Assembly (NCBI GenBank): GCA_030295235.1
Contig: AP026124.1
Coordinates: forward strand, 310,001-374,000
Length of the DNA stretch: 64,000 bases
Source: Fistulifera solaris
Lineage: Eukaryota
Direction of reading: 5' to 3'
This document shows, piece by piece, positions 48,285-60,406 of the stretch; position 1 is the stretch's first letter, and each line of letters begins with the position of its first letter. Made by a program: the position numbers and the translations under genes. Below the pieces are notes generated by a model that saw only the letters and a list, made by a program, of their open reading frames with translations, was not told the origin of the DNA and did no database searches.

Positions 48285-48860
48285 ATGACTTGTCTTGTTC
48301 GTTTCGCCTTGCTTTCCACATTTCTGACGGTAAACGCGTTTGTCGTTCCAAAAGTTCATGTTCGTCACCAACAATAGCAGCGAAGTCCTCCGGTGGTGCA
48401 GTCGGCCTTTGATGGAATTAAGGAACCTGTTCAAAATTACGTCAATACTTTGTATTTGGACGCCCATGTTTCAAAAGGCTAAAGATGCCGGATTCGTACC
48501 CGATTTCTTGTTGCATTGGGGTCATGGTGCCGCCATGGGTACAGTCTTATTGACCATGGGTATAATTGGTGAGTTTCGCGTAGCAAGCGTGTCAGTTTTC
48601 TTCTTTATTCTGTATCATTCACTCATACCATACGTTTTCATCATTGCACGATCAGGGGCTTGGATGGGATGGCAAATTCGATTGGACAATGGCGATCAAG
48701 TCAATGCGCTTACGTTAGGTGAAACCATTCGTAAGTAGCATCCGAAAATCATTGATGGAGCCTTCTTTTTCTTTCTCTTGGGAGGGCGAGGAGGATTAGT
48801 GTTGCTGGATACCCAAGAACAGGTGGCTCTCGTGGCCCATGCAGTCACCGGAATTCAACT
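48285..48860 (+). pseudogene. Disrupted tandem paralog of the downstream DUF4079-like gene
   Basis: Same HWGHG and GAW.GWQIRL motifs and the same intron position (48569-48655); in-frame TAG at 48375 and 48736, a frameshift at about 48450 and a degenerate 3' end. Confidence 0.8.
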
Positions 48861-49198
48861 GGGCTTGTCGTTTTGAGTGAGGTTATAATGAAAATTTATT
48901 TGACAAAAAACAAAACCTAACAAATACGCTGTACACGATGTATGAACCCCAAGATTCCGAACGCAGTATTGCTACAAGAAGAGTTCCTCGCTTCATCAAC
49001 AAAACCTTCTATTTTCAAAATTACTGTCGGCGCAGTACATGAAAACGTCTTTCGGCATAAGGTACATATCACGTTCTTCTCCTGGAGGTTCCCAAACTCT
49101 ATGAACATCTCCACCCTTCGTTTTCACATGTCATGCGTCAAAGCCCGTTCTCATAATATCGACTATTGATTGCTCACCAGAAGACTACATCTGCTATC

Positions 49199-49895
49199 AT
49201 GACACGCCTTATCGTTTCTATCGTCTCCCTCATGCTCACTCGAGCCCACGCCTTTGTGGTCCCCGCAACCCTGACGAATCATCAAAAACAGCGATCTCCC
49301 ATCGTTTGGCAGTCGGCGTTTGATGATATCCGAGAGACTGTACAAGATCAGGTCAGCAATGGAGCACCCTTGGTCGAACAAGCCAAACAGGTTGGATATA
49401 ACCTTCCCGGTTTGCATTGGGGACACGGGACCGTTATGGCAATTGTCTTTGTGACAATGGGGCTAACAGGTAAGTGCCGCAACATCTTCCGGAGAAGAGT
49501 TACTTTATTGTGTCCTCATGTATATGACATTTTTCGGATCAGGTGCTTGGTTGGGATGGCAGATTCGCCTCGGTAATGGAGAAAGGCTCACTTCGTCGGG
49601 AGAAACGATTCGTGAACGGCACCCCAAAGTCATGAGCGGAGTCTTGATGCTGTTTATCGTCGGCGCATTGTTAGGAATGGCTGCACTGAATGCCCAAGGA
49701 CAGCCTATTTTGGAATCTCCTCATGCCAGGACGGCAGGAGTGGTCCTGGGTTTGTTGGCGATCCAAGCAACGCTTCCTAACTATTTTGCGTCGAGCCGAT
49801 TCGCTCGCACTACCCACGCCTACTTGGGTTCTGCCACGGTGGTGACGATCCTCGTGCATATTATCAACGGTATCCGGTTGGGAAATTCATTCTAA
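49199..49895 (+). CDS. Plastid-targeted His-containing membrane protein (DUF4079/cytochrome b561-like)
   Basis: Signal ..RAHA-FVVP; HWGHG, RERHPK.M, ESPHA, THAYLG, H..NG..LG; intron 49470-49542. Confidence 0.78.
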
Positions 49896-50337
49896 AGGGA
49901 TATTTCATTGTAGCTTAACGAGGATGAATGGTTTTAATTCTATTGATGTTTTGTGTTCCTTCGAAGGAATGCGACGTGCGAATATATAGTCGTACGCCTT
50001 GCCCCTTATTTTCACTGTATAGTGTATAGTCCCAAGTGTCACGAGTCACGAGCAGCCAATCTAATATTATGATGATTCGTAGTTAGTATTTTAATACCGA
50101 TACGAAGCAATCGTGCACCAACGGACTACGCTCCGCGGTGCAGACCGTTGAGCGACCTTTAACAGGAAGCTTTAGCAGAAGTCGGTCTACAATCACACTT
50201 AATGTAGTCTGGGATGGCTCCTGTGATCTCCCCGGAGTCTCACAGTCATTGCACACACTGCCGTTGTTTGCTGCGTGATGGAGACGAGGAGTTACTTCTT
50301 GTGAGTGTAATTATTACAAAATATAAGCTCTTTCACC

Positions 50338-52440
50338 ATGGTGGCCTCGAAGTTTTTTTTCTTTTTCGCTCTTTTTAAACACTGTAGCAGCGCTGCTTCC
50401 CAAGAAGGTGAAACGCGTACCTGCGGGGAGGAAATATAAGAAGCACGACGATGTTCACATTGTTGTGAACAAAGTAGGGTGAGTTATACTTTCGGTATTT
50501 GCTCAAACGATCGTTTAATGAAAACTCAAACCATTGATCATTCAATCATAAGTCCCTTCAACAATCCGATTGAAACATACCGGTATTACTCTCTTCCATT
50601 TTGCCAAAGTCATTCCACAGAAGATGAAGAAGAGGAAGAAGCGGATGCCGAAAACGTGAGCATTGATCGCGTTACTTCGCGACGCGAGGCTGCCATTCGT
50701 CACCGTCAGCGACTCGGAGAATCTATGGTAGGCGATCGACGGGAATCGTCGCCGTACGAAATTAGTTTTCTGGATGATGTGGAATGGCGTTTGCTGTGTA
50801 AGGTGACGCTAGATCAAAACGATTTGAAAAAGTTCAAGGAGGCGATTCATAATAACTATTTCTTTGAAATGTTCGTGGAGGATCTTGCTATGTGGGGCTA
50901 TGTTGGAGATGTTGCTGATGAAGATATTCTATTGGACGACAGTCGAACTGTTCTTTTCCCGCACTTGCATTTTAAATTGGGATACAACGAAAACCAAATT
51001 GTTTCAGCAAAGGTTACAACTGATGTACGTCTGGTGTGAGAATTTTCAACTGGGAGATGGCTCTTTGGTTACTAACTTTGTTCGCCTCCATGCAGTTGGA
51101 ACGAAAAGTTGACATTACACGAATTGATATTCCGAAAACTATCAAGTTCTCCTATTCCGTTGAATGGGTCCCCGAGCGCTTGGAATGGAAGGATCGAATG
51201 TCTCGTTATTCAGAACATCAAAGCTTTGTTCCGCAGTCCTTTGAAATCCATTGGTTGTCCATCATCAACTCTTGCGTATTGGTACTGCTGTTGACAGCAT
51301 TCCTATTGATCATCTTGTTGCGAGTTTTAAAGAATGATTTTGCACGTTACATGGATCTAGACGATGAGTCTTTGGAAGAGGAAGAGGTAAGTTTGTCGAG
51401 TTCTGAAAGCATACTTAGATATCGCCTCGACACTATGATGTGCCAACACTGCCATTCGATCTCTTTCTGTGCAGTCGGGATGGAAATTGATTCATGGCGA
51501 TGTATTTCGCTTTCCCGAAAATTCCGATTTGTTTTGTGCTGCAGTTGGAACAGGAAATCAACTTCTGGTCATGACCTTGTTCCACATTTCTTTGGCACTC
51601 CTCCATGTTATCTCGACCACACGCCGCGGATCGATTATGGCGGGGGTTGTAGTGCTTTATGCGCTTACATCCATTGTCGGTGGATACACTGCCATGAGAC
51701 TCTACAAGCAGATGAACGGCAAAAACTGGGTCCGTCTCGCTATCACTACTGCACTACTATTCCCAGGACCGGTGGCCACTGTCTTTATGGTTTTGAATAC
51801 GCTTGCGTTGATGCACGGATCTACCAGTGCCCTTCCGTTCACAGCTTTATTGACGGTCACTTGTTTGTATTGCTTTGTTTCATTCCCATTGACGGTTGTA
51901 GGTACAGTCCTTGCCAAAAACTACGCCAGTGGCGATTTCAATGCCCCAACGCGAACGAAAAAGATTGCGCGAGAGATTCCGACCGAAATTCCCTGGTATC
52001 GCGGGCGAGCATTTTCTGTGGCTGTTGCCGGCTTCCTTCCGTTTTCGGCAATCTACATTGAATTGCATCACATTTTCGCTTCCATGTGGGGACACCAGAT
52101 TTACACTCTTTTCGGTATACTGTTTCTGGCCTTTATTCTTTTGGTGATTGTGACATCATTCATTACTGTGGCTCTCCTTTACTTTCAATTGGCTAGAGAG
52201 GATCATCGCTGGTGGTGGGCAACATATGTCAATGGAGGAATGACAGGATTTTTCATCTTTGCCTATTCCTTCTATTATTACTTCAACAGAAGCGAAATGA
52301 GTGGCGCGTTACAAGCATCTTTCTTCTTTGGATACATGGCAGTCATTTCCTACGCCTTCTTCATTATGTTGGGAAGTGCGTCATTTCAATTCAGCTTGGC
52401 TTTCGTGCGATACATTTACTCTAGAATTAAGAGCGACTAA
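50338..52440 (+). CDS. Transmembrane 9 superfamily protein (EMP70/TM9SF1-3-like)
   Basis: VNKVG|PFNNP.ETY.YYSLPFC, EIHWLSIINS, GWKLIHGDVFRFP, GFLPFSAIYIE, C-terminal IKSD; three introns; probable frameshift in the 5' T-run. Confidence 0.93.
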
Positions 52441-52502
52441 TTTTCATTGACTGTAATCGAAGCGATCGATCGTTTCATGACCTTTTAAATCTAAGTGACC
52501 AT

Positions 52503-53939
52503 TTAGCTGACACGGCGTTTCAACCTCTTGCGCAAAGTCTTTAACCGAACAGGCAGACGCAGTAAGGCTCGTATGGGTTGCTTAAGTTCAGAAACGCGCT
52601 CCCACTCGTCCCACCATGGACCGCCGCCAATTTCCGCCCCTCCTTGGGTACTTTGTGCTCTGTCAATTAGAGGCGGTCCTTTTTTTCGTAGAAACGACTT
52701 GGTTGCAGGATCCCACTCAAGCTCCCAGAGTGAAAGAGTAGTTTTCGCTTCGAACGTGTCTTTGCAAAAGCGAACCATGCCTTCATCGGGTGTTGGTGCT
52801 CGGAAAACGAGGCCTTTTGTCTCGTCGGGATCGCATTCGTAAACAATTCTCGCTTCAAATGGACGATCGCCTACTGTACAATTACCTTCTAGCTCCCAAT
52901 ATCCCCAGGTCGAAACTTTCCAGCGCATGGTGCCTGTCCATGGAACAGCTTCATACAGTTTACCGTTGTAGTGAATCGACACCATTCCCAACGATTCTTT
53001 CCGACCAAATGGAATACTGCGAATCCCTCCTCCCGCTGTAACCGACAGCTGCTGGTATCCATCAAACGAGTTGCACTGCGTCCAATACCATTTCGTAGGT
53101 AGGGCAGCTCCCCAGTTCTTTTCTGCATAAAATGGAGCGTCCACAAAGTGGTACGTCTGGTTGTTCCATGTGATTTGGCCGGAAGCACGAGCGTCTGCCA
53201 TGGTAACTTGCCAGTGCGGTTCAAACACTTCAAAGGAAGCAAGCCAACCGGCTGTACTTTTTTGGGCACCATTTACGTCGCCCCATCCGCAGAGTGGCAC
53301 AACCCGAAAGTCAAAATCACAGGTGCCTACTTCGTCAGTCTCGTCGAAGAGACCTCCCACGGTCCCGTCTCTTCCTCGGACACGCCCTAAAAAGTGAGTC
53401 GGCAATATTTGAAAGCCGCTTTGTACGGTTTTCCGCCAGACTTCCGGTGAAAGATTTGTTTGCATTTTCATGACGTGCTTATCGTAACCAGGTTTGTATT
53501 CGAAATTGCAACCAAGACCTTGTTGACGGTCCCAGGCCCAAAAAAGCGAGTCATCTCGGTTGGCTTGCACAATGTATCCATCCCGTGGACCAACCACTTG
53601 AATACATGCTAATCTCAAATCAGAAGACGGTCGATGTCCAGGATCTTCAATGGAAATTATAATGGCAAAACTTACGTCCTCCAACGTCAACCGATAATAC
53701 CAACCTTCCGTAAAACGCGCATTTCCACGGTGCTTGGAAAAGAAACGCCAGAATGGCTGACGGTACGCCGAATGAGAAGGAAGAAAGTGGCGACCCGAGT
53801 GGGGTGTTTGGAGTGGAAATGCTTTGGGTTCCACGGGTTCTACCGATAAGTTTGGTAACGTTTTGTGGCGTCGTGAAAATGACCATGCTGCGACATTTTG
53901 AAGCAAGAACAAGACACAAAGAGAAAGTAAGCGCCTCAT
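52503..53939 (-). CDS. VTE1: Tocopherol cyclase, plastid-targeted
   Basis: QTPHSG.H, F.EGWYYR, SIEDP, FEPHWQV.MA, YAEKNWG..P.KW.W.QCN, EIGGGPW; signal ..NVAA-W. Confidence 0.95.
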   Translation of the reverse strand: MRRLLSLCVLFLLQNVAAWSFSRRHKTLPNLSVEPVEPKAFPLQTPHSGRHFLPSHSAYRQPFWRFFSKHRGNARFTEGWYYRLTLEDVSFAIIISIEDPGHRPSSDLRLACIQVVGPRDGYIVQANRDDSLFWAWDRQQGLGCNFEYKPGYDKHVMKMQTNLSPEVWRKTVQSGFQILPTHFLGRVRGRDGTVGGLFDETDEVGTCDFDFRVVPLCGWGDVNGAQKSTAGWLASFEVFEPHWQVTMADARASGQITWNNQTYHFVDAPFYAEKNWGAALPTKWYWTQCNSFDGYQQLSVTAGGGIRSIPFGRKESLGMVSIHYNGKLYEAVPWTGTMRWKVSTWGYWELEGNCTVGDRPFEARIVYECDPDETKGLVFRAPTPDEGMVRFCKDTFEAKTTLSLWELEWDPATKSFLRKKGPPLIDRAQSTQGGAEIGGGPWWDEWERVSELKQPIRALLRLPVRLKTLRKRLKRRVS

Positions 53940-54921
53940 TTTTCGTGTTTATTGTGGTTTATCATCTAAAAAGCAATCATTTTGCAGTCTTTGGCTAATA
54001 ACTGTTGTCGATCAGCATCTCTTTTCCATGGACCAGCTTAACAATGGGAAAATGTCGACAATAAAAGCGGGACTGCATTTAGGTGAGTCACTAGAAAAGG
54101 TCGTCTACTACTACTTATTTACAGGATGGTGAATAGTCCATTTTTGTTACGATCAGCAACTCCGCTTGATCATAATGAAACGTATTCAGCTACTGTCATC
54201 CAAGGGTTGATACTTGTTGCGATGGTATTTTGATGGATTTTTGCATTGTTCATCTGAAAAACACATTTTTGCGTTAGAAATAGTTTGGTACTCGTGACTT
54301 AGAATGAGTCTTTAAGAAAAACGAACTACACTGTGGCCTATAGTAAAATTGGGGGTGTAATATCTGGGGGGAATAATCCAATTGAAAATGCGTTTAGCTG
54401 ATGGAATCTTTAGTCTAACATAGAAAATTCGTATTCCAATCAGAATCATATCCGTTTTGGCGGAAAGCAAGTTAAGTATATAGATTCATATTCGGCCTTC
54501 CATCTTACATGTCATACGCTTGATGACTTGACAGTTTTATTTTATTTTTTTGATGAGCAATGATGCACCAGGCAGCGAAAGAATCACCGGTTAGCGGCAA
54601 CAAAAAACAATTTGTTTATAGTGAAAGGGAAACGAAGTTGCAGAATGTACGTGACTGAAATCCAGCCGGGGTCACCGCGATCGAAACCTCTTGATGAACA
54701 CGTCAAGTCTCGTGACTCATTGTAAAAATGTTCACGAAACAACTGCGTTCACGAAATTACTACCCAAGCAATGGGGAGTACCATGGAGAAGTGCATCGCA
54801 AATGTAGCTATAAGCTTTCACACACTTGTGGCTGATGACGACGACGAAAGCAACGGAACTGAGACCCAAAAAGTGCATGCCTTATTAACGACATAAGCGA
54901 TGCGGTTATTGCTTATTGCGA

Positions 54922-55795
54922 CTAAAATGGGATTATCGAATCCAAACCAGGCCATGTTGGAATATCTTTTTCCTCTTCTTCATCGACAGATAGATCACCG
55001 TCTTCATCTTCAGGGTCACTCGCGTTACCGTCTTTCTCTTGATGATTTTTCTTCTTATTGTTGTTGGCTCCCGTCTTATTCTTTTTCAGAGCCCGAGCAT
55101 GCTGCTGTTGTCCTTCAGCTTGCACCATTTCCATCACCACCCGATCCACCAATACCGGCTCCAGTGACTGTTTGAATGCTTGCTGTTCCACAATTCGTCC
55201 GTACGTGTAAGTGTCGTGACAGAGAGGAAAGATAAAGGATTGCGTCGTCAAAGCCGCGGGTGCTTGAACGTACGCCATTCGAGTTCGGTCGTGAAAGAAA
55301 TCCACGCCCGCGAGACCCACCCACGTATCCGCGTCTTCGGGCGGTGATGATGATGATGATGATTCGTTTCGCACCGTTTCGTCTCCAATTTTGGGTTCCG
55401 GTAAAGGTTCGTCCCAGTATTGAATCGTGGAACGACGTTTTCGTTTGTGAGTTGTTTGATTATCGAGACTGTTGTAAAGATGACGGGGAAATACGGGCTC
55501 GGGAGGTGATGGCAGTGGTGGTTGCAGTGATTTTTGCAACGACCTCGGAGGCAAAGAAGGGTCCTTGGAGTTGTTGTCACGAGACATTTGGTGTGCGTCA
55601 ATGGCAGCTTGGACCAATTGCTCCATGTAATGTGTCGTTAGCGCTGCCAGCAATGCAGCCGTATCCGGATTGACCTCGTTGGGCACAACATCTCCCGCTC
55701 CATGCATCAACAAAGGCATGTTTTGCACTAATTTTGCGACGGTTGATTGAAACGCCTGGTTTATTTTTTTCTTTCGGTGTTGCTTTTCCTGACAT
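54922..55795 (-). CDS. TAF13/SPT3-type histone-fold transcription cofactor-like protein
   Basis: LMHGAGD....NPDTAALL..L...Y...LV..A resembles the TFIID-18kDa motif (LMYGFGD..P..ET); frameshift near 55730. Confidence 0.55.
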
Positions 55796-56205
55796 GATGA
55801 TGATTAGTGGGTGACGAAGGAATAGGTTCGAAAACAAGCAAGGTGCAAGGTTTCTTGTTTCAAGTTGATGCTTCTAAAGTACTCTGAAGTATCGCCTTCA
55901 CAACACAAATACTCCGTAGAAAATAGATGAATGAAATCATCAGTCAGGAAACGGCGTTAAAATTCTACCTCGTCGTGGACGCTACGTAGAATCTTGTACT
56001 GGGAGGCAGAATTTTAACGTCCTTCCCAGCGTTATCGTCTGGTCGGCGGTACGTAACCTTACCGTACCTTAAAGAGTAGATCGATAAGTTTCCTACGGCG
56101 ACTACGTGACAACTGCGTAGACTTTCCAAGCATTTGCAAAGTCTGCATTTTGTCTTTTTTCTCCGTCCAAAATGCGTCGATTAGTGTCTGATGTAGCTTG
56201 ATATC

Positions 56206-56232
<27 letters not shown>
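56206..56232 (-). repeat. A27 tract on the minus strand with AATAAA 12 nt upstream
   Basis: T27 at 56206-56232; TTTATT at 56245-56250. Confidence 0.85.
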
Positions 56233-56238
<6 letters not shown>

Positions 56239-56854
56239 ATATATTTTATTCCTAATTTTTTAATCGTCAGAATCTAATCTTGACATTCGACTGAATTTTG
56301 ATAACTGAGAAATGCATAATGACATTGGTATTAGATGTATTTATTATGTTATGTTAATGTTTGCGGGTCACCATGACGCATGACCCACAGAAGTCACGAT
56401 GGCGACGTCACTCAAGTGGAGTACCCAAGCTACGCACACGATACTGTACCAGGTACAGTAGAAACTTACGTTCTCGTCGTTCCGGCAAATTGAAGATACG
56501 GAAGGAGAAAAAAAAAAAGATGGGCGGTCGTCGTCTACTTTTTTTCGTCGTCGACTTTCGATTGATGCGAGACTGTACACAAGAATTCATTAATATTATC
56601 CAGGAGAGAGAGAGGGAGAGAGAACACTCAACCCAAACTCATCTACACACTATTCATTTACTCATCCCTACGCATAATAATTTATTATAGAAGAATATCA
56701 TTATCATCATGGTGCCGCGGCCAAAGATGCTCGCGGAACACCACGGGGGTCGGCCAGCAAACGGCATGATCATGACCCGTCCTCCGATGATTCCGAGGAA
56801 GAAGTAGAACTTTACACCAAGCTCGGAAATCATTTTCAGTATCACAGCAGCAGT

Positions 56855-58197
56855 ATGATTGTAGAACGAAGGAACTTTTCATTTCGTCGGAAAGTCGTGC
56901 ACTTGTTATCACGTCTTCGATCAATAGAGCGCTTATCGCCTCCGACGACATTGCTGTTACTGGTACTCATCGACACGTTTGCTGTGTCTCTGGTGGTTCC
57001 TTTACTCTTTCAATATTACAAATCTGCCGGAGTCAACAACGCTGGGCAAAGAGAACTGTTATCGTCTCTTTTTCGACTTCTCAAATAGTCGGTGGTCTTC
57101 TCATGGGATTCATCACAGACGCCAAATGGGTCCGTCGGAAGAGTCTCTTGTTTATTTCCTTTATTGGCTCGGCTCTCTCGTATGCGCTCATTGCATACGG
57201 AGGCTTTACAGCGCTCGTTTGTAGCCGAGTCTTGGTTGGATTGGTCAAACAGACCATGACGGTCACGACAGCCATGTTGACGAGCTGTACTTCACGAACG
57301 ACACGAGCTCACTACATGGGACGGTTGTCAGCAGCATCGACGGTGGCGTGGATTGTCGGCCCGTCAGTCGGAGCCATGCTGTATCGTTATGTTGATCCGA
57401 GAGCACCGGCCTGGTTGGCGTGTGTTTTGTTTGTAGGGAATATTCTACTAGCGGCCAAGTCGTTACCGACCCAGGAAGAAAGCCATTTTCTTCAAGACGT
57501 TGGTACTGGAAGTCCAAGTCAAGGACAACGCATCACGATGCTACAAAAACTCAAGTCGTGTTTCACCTCGCAAAATCTCGGTTCCGTCGTATTGGCGCGA
57601 TTGATATTTACCTGGGTGGCCAAAGCGACCAATTACTCGCAATTGGGAAATTTCTATGAAGACATGTATGGCCTGGAACCACACCAACGGGGTTACATTT
57701 CCTCGTATCAGCAATTCTTACAATTCTTGGTACAATCTACATTGGTGACCACCATCATGAGATGGAGTGGCGGGGAACGACAGACTATCTGTTTCTTCAC
57801 TGCTTTGTTGGCATTCACTTTCCTCTTGGAAAGTTTTCAGAGTTTGCCACTCTTTCTCACCGTCCTTTGCCCGGTCATGTCACTATGTTTCGGGATGACG
57901 CAGTTGTCACTGCAGTCGCTATTGACGCATGTAGTGCCATTGCACTCCATGTTTTCCGTTCTCGCCGCTCTGGATGTGTTGCAGAATGCCGTTTCCGTCT
58001 CCGTCCCGTTTTATCGAACGTTTCTATTTCGTGTATTGATCAGCGCAAAGAGTGATGATGCCAACATGAGTAGCATGGCCGATGATCCAGACCCAATTTC
58101 CTGGATCAGGTTGAGTGTATGTCATTGGTGTGTGGCCGCTGTGGTAATTGCCGGCCTGTTACTGCCAAACTGCTTACGGAAAAGGATGAAGCCATAA
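56855..58197 (+). CDS. Major facilitator superfamily transporter (SLC22A18/TetA-like)
   Basis: D.FAVSLVVPLL, Q.VGG..MG..TD, SRVLVGLVKQT, R...MGR......W.VGP..G; frameshift at about 57070. Confidence 0.85.
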
Positions 58198-58435
58198 AGA
58201 AGCTGCAATAACATTTTTGGTCGGAGGCGCACGAACGAACGAACGAATAACAATGATGTTAATAATAATATTAGAACAGCCAGCATAGACTAAGTGAGAT
58301 CTCTTCTGATATTTTAGTTGTGTAAAAAAAGGCTAATGGTCGACCGAAGACGTTTTTGCTGAGAGCAATCACACACGGAATCATTGCGCGTCCCTGGCCC
58401 TACATGAATTTTTGTTTTCTAAGCAATAGGACGCG

Positions 58436-59170
58436 CTACACCAGAGTGACAACCGGCTTGCCATCCCGCATGATGAAATTGTAACCCTTCATAGTGCGCA
58501 ATCCCACATTTTCACTCAACACAATGCGTCCCTGTGCTTCTCTCGTGTATCCACTTTGCAGCGGAAGGACATCGACGATATAATCCGCCAACTCCACCAA
58601 GGTCGTTTCCCACACCGGCTTCGGTGAAGGATGCTCCATGACCCCGCCGGCACCGATCCACGTCGTTGGTTCATCTTTGTCCCTTTCGGACGTCTCTTGC
58701 GAACAGCGAATCATCAATTTAAAACGTTCGGCTTGCAAGGAAAGTATAAGTGCATAAATCAAACGTGGACCCAGCAAGGTTGACAGTACAGATACATCAT
58801 CCAAAAATAATCCATGGTTGATCGCTCGGAGTCGGATGTCGTCGTTGTTGTTGTTGTTGCTGTTGCTGTTGCTGCTGCAGCTGCTGAGCGACCCATTCTT
58901 TTATTTGTCGGAAAAGTAGTTTGGTAAATGTTTCCGCGTCGAAGGCTTGCTCGAGTGACTCGGCGATTTCCGCTGGAATGCACCGAAAGCTGCTGGTTAA
59001 TTTATGACCCACAGGGGGAGGACCCCCGACAGCCACAACACCGAACTCTGTTGAGAAATCCACGACTGTAAAATGAACCTCCCTTCTTGTTCGACCGAGT
59101 CTGTCACAAGAATGGTGGATGCTGCTGACGGGAAAATGTCCTCCAGAGGCGTTGTGGCTGATCCTAGCAT
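58436..59170 (-). CDS. ELP6: Elongator subunit 6-like RecA-fold protein with a poly-Gln insert
   Basis: ILVTDSVEQEGRFIL, I.LDDVS.L, L.ELADY.VDV.PL.SGY.REA.GRI; two frameshifts (about 59035 and 58805). Confidence 0.7.
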
Positions 59171-59328
59171 TCTGAACGTAAAGGTGGATGAGAGAAGAAC
59201 ACAGATTGAGTTCGGGAAATGATGTGTGGATTTAAATTAGGGTAAAGGAGAGGAGCGAATGAATGATTATTGATGAACCGTTGCCACTCGATGCTCGATA
59301 CGATTATTTTAAGAAAATGTGGGGTCTT

Positions 59329-59434
59329 CACGTCCCAGAAAATCTGGGAGTTTGGTGTTCTCACGTCCGCAGGAAATCTGGGTGAGTGGTATTTTGACGT
59401 CCCCAGAAAATCTGGGAGTGTGGTGTACTCACCT
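59329..59434. repeat. Three ~33-bp tandem repeats containing the dyad CCCAGA-AAA-TCTGGG
   Basis: cacgtcccagaaaatctgggagt / cacgtccgcaggaaatctgggtgagt / gacgtccccagaaaatctgggagt. Confidence 0.85.
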
Positions 59435-59620
59435 ACGCGCTCCTCCCTGTACAACTAGTGTGCCGAAAAGACCGCGTTTATTATTACTTACTCAGTATTT
59501 TTTTCTTTTTCCTTCCCTGCTGTGATTCTCTATTCATAAAGAGAGGCTACTATTTTTTAAACTTGACTTGGTAACCATAATTTGCTTTCAGTAAAACAAA
59601 ACTTCTTACAGAATAAAGCC

Positions 59621-60250
59621 ATGACGCACGACAACCAGGATAATGATGATTTTGAGCACAACAAGAGTTCTCTTTCCAAAGGTATCCCTAGCGATGTGAA
59701 TTTACATCGGACGTGGTCGATCTGGTACGACAATCCGAAAACGGTCGTCGGCGGCGACTGGAAGGACTGCTTGCACAAATTAGGAACCTTCAAGACTGTG
59801 GGAGAATTCTGGAGCATCTACAATAACATAAAACCGCCATCGCAAGTGCCGTTGCAGTCCAACTATTCAGTCTTTGTTGAAAACGTCGAGCCGACCTGGG
59901 AAGACCCCGCCAATATCAATGGAGGTAAATTCATTTTAACTATCAACAAGAAAGAATCCAGAGAAGGGAAAACCGAAAAGTATTGGTTATTTACACTCAT
60001 GGCCATGTTGGGAGAAACTTTAGATGCTTCGGGGTCCGAAATTGTCGGAGCCGTCGTTTCAATACGCAAATCCGAATCCAGAGTATCCTTGTGGCTCAAA
60101 GGTACCAATCAGGACACGTGCGAACGTGTGGGTGAAAAGTGGAAGAAAACATTGGAAATGGATAGTGCCACGACGATCAAATTTCAGGCGCATAAAGTTG
60201 CCAAGGCGAGTGGGAGATCGTTTCGCAATGAAGTGCTATTTCAAGTGTAA
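59621..60250 (+). CDS. EIF4E: Translation initiation factor eIF4E
   Basis: L..TWSIWYD, F.TV.EFW..YNNI, PTWEDP.N..GG, GAVVSIR, SLW. Confidence 0.95.
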   Translation: MTHDNQDNDDFEHNKSSLSKGIPSDVNLHRTWSIWYDNPKTVVGGDWKDCLHKLGTFKTVGEFWSIYNNIKPPSQVPLQSNYSVFVENVEPTWEDPANINGGKFILTINKKESREGKTEKYWLFTLMAMLGETLDASGSEIVGAVVSIRKSESRVSLWLKGTNQDTCERVGEKWKKTLEMDSATTIKFQAHKVAKASGRSFRNEVLFQV

Positions 60251-60406
60251 AAGGGTAAGGAAAGAGGCAACATCAGGTCATCATTCCATAGTCATATGTG
60301 CTATTTCGTCGCGCCATCGATCGACATGGTAATAAAAGGGCAACCCGAAGAGTACTTCATGATAATTATCTGTAAACATGATTTTTCTTCTTGTACATTC
60401 TCTCTT

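Noticed and set aside
48375..48738. TAG reassignment or readthrough
   Set aside because: TAG is the normal stop in neighbouring genes (e.g. PTPA, TOP2, HSF), and this copy has other lesions.
59329..59434. CRISPR-like array
   Set aside because: The units are contiguous tandem repeats without unique spacers, there are no cas genes, and the context is eukaryotic.
59621..60250. Non-canonical eIF4E (GGKF instead of GGKW)
   Set aside because: Conservative aromatic change; the cap-binding Trp residues and WED motif are intact.
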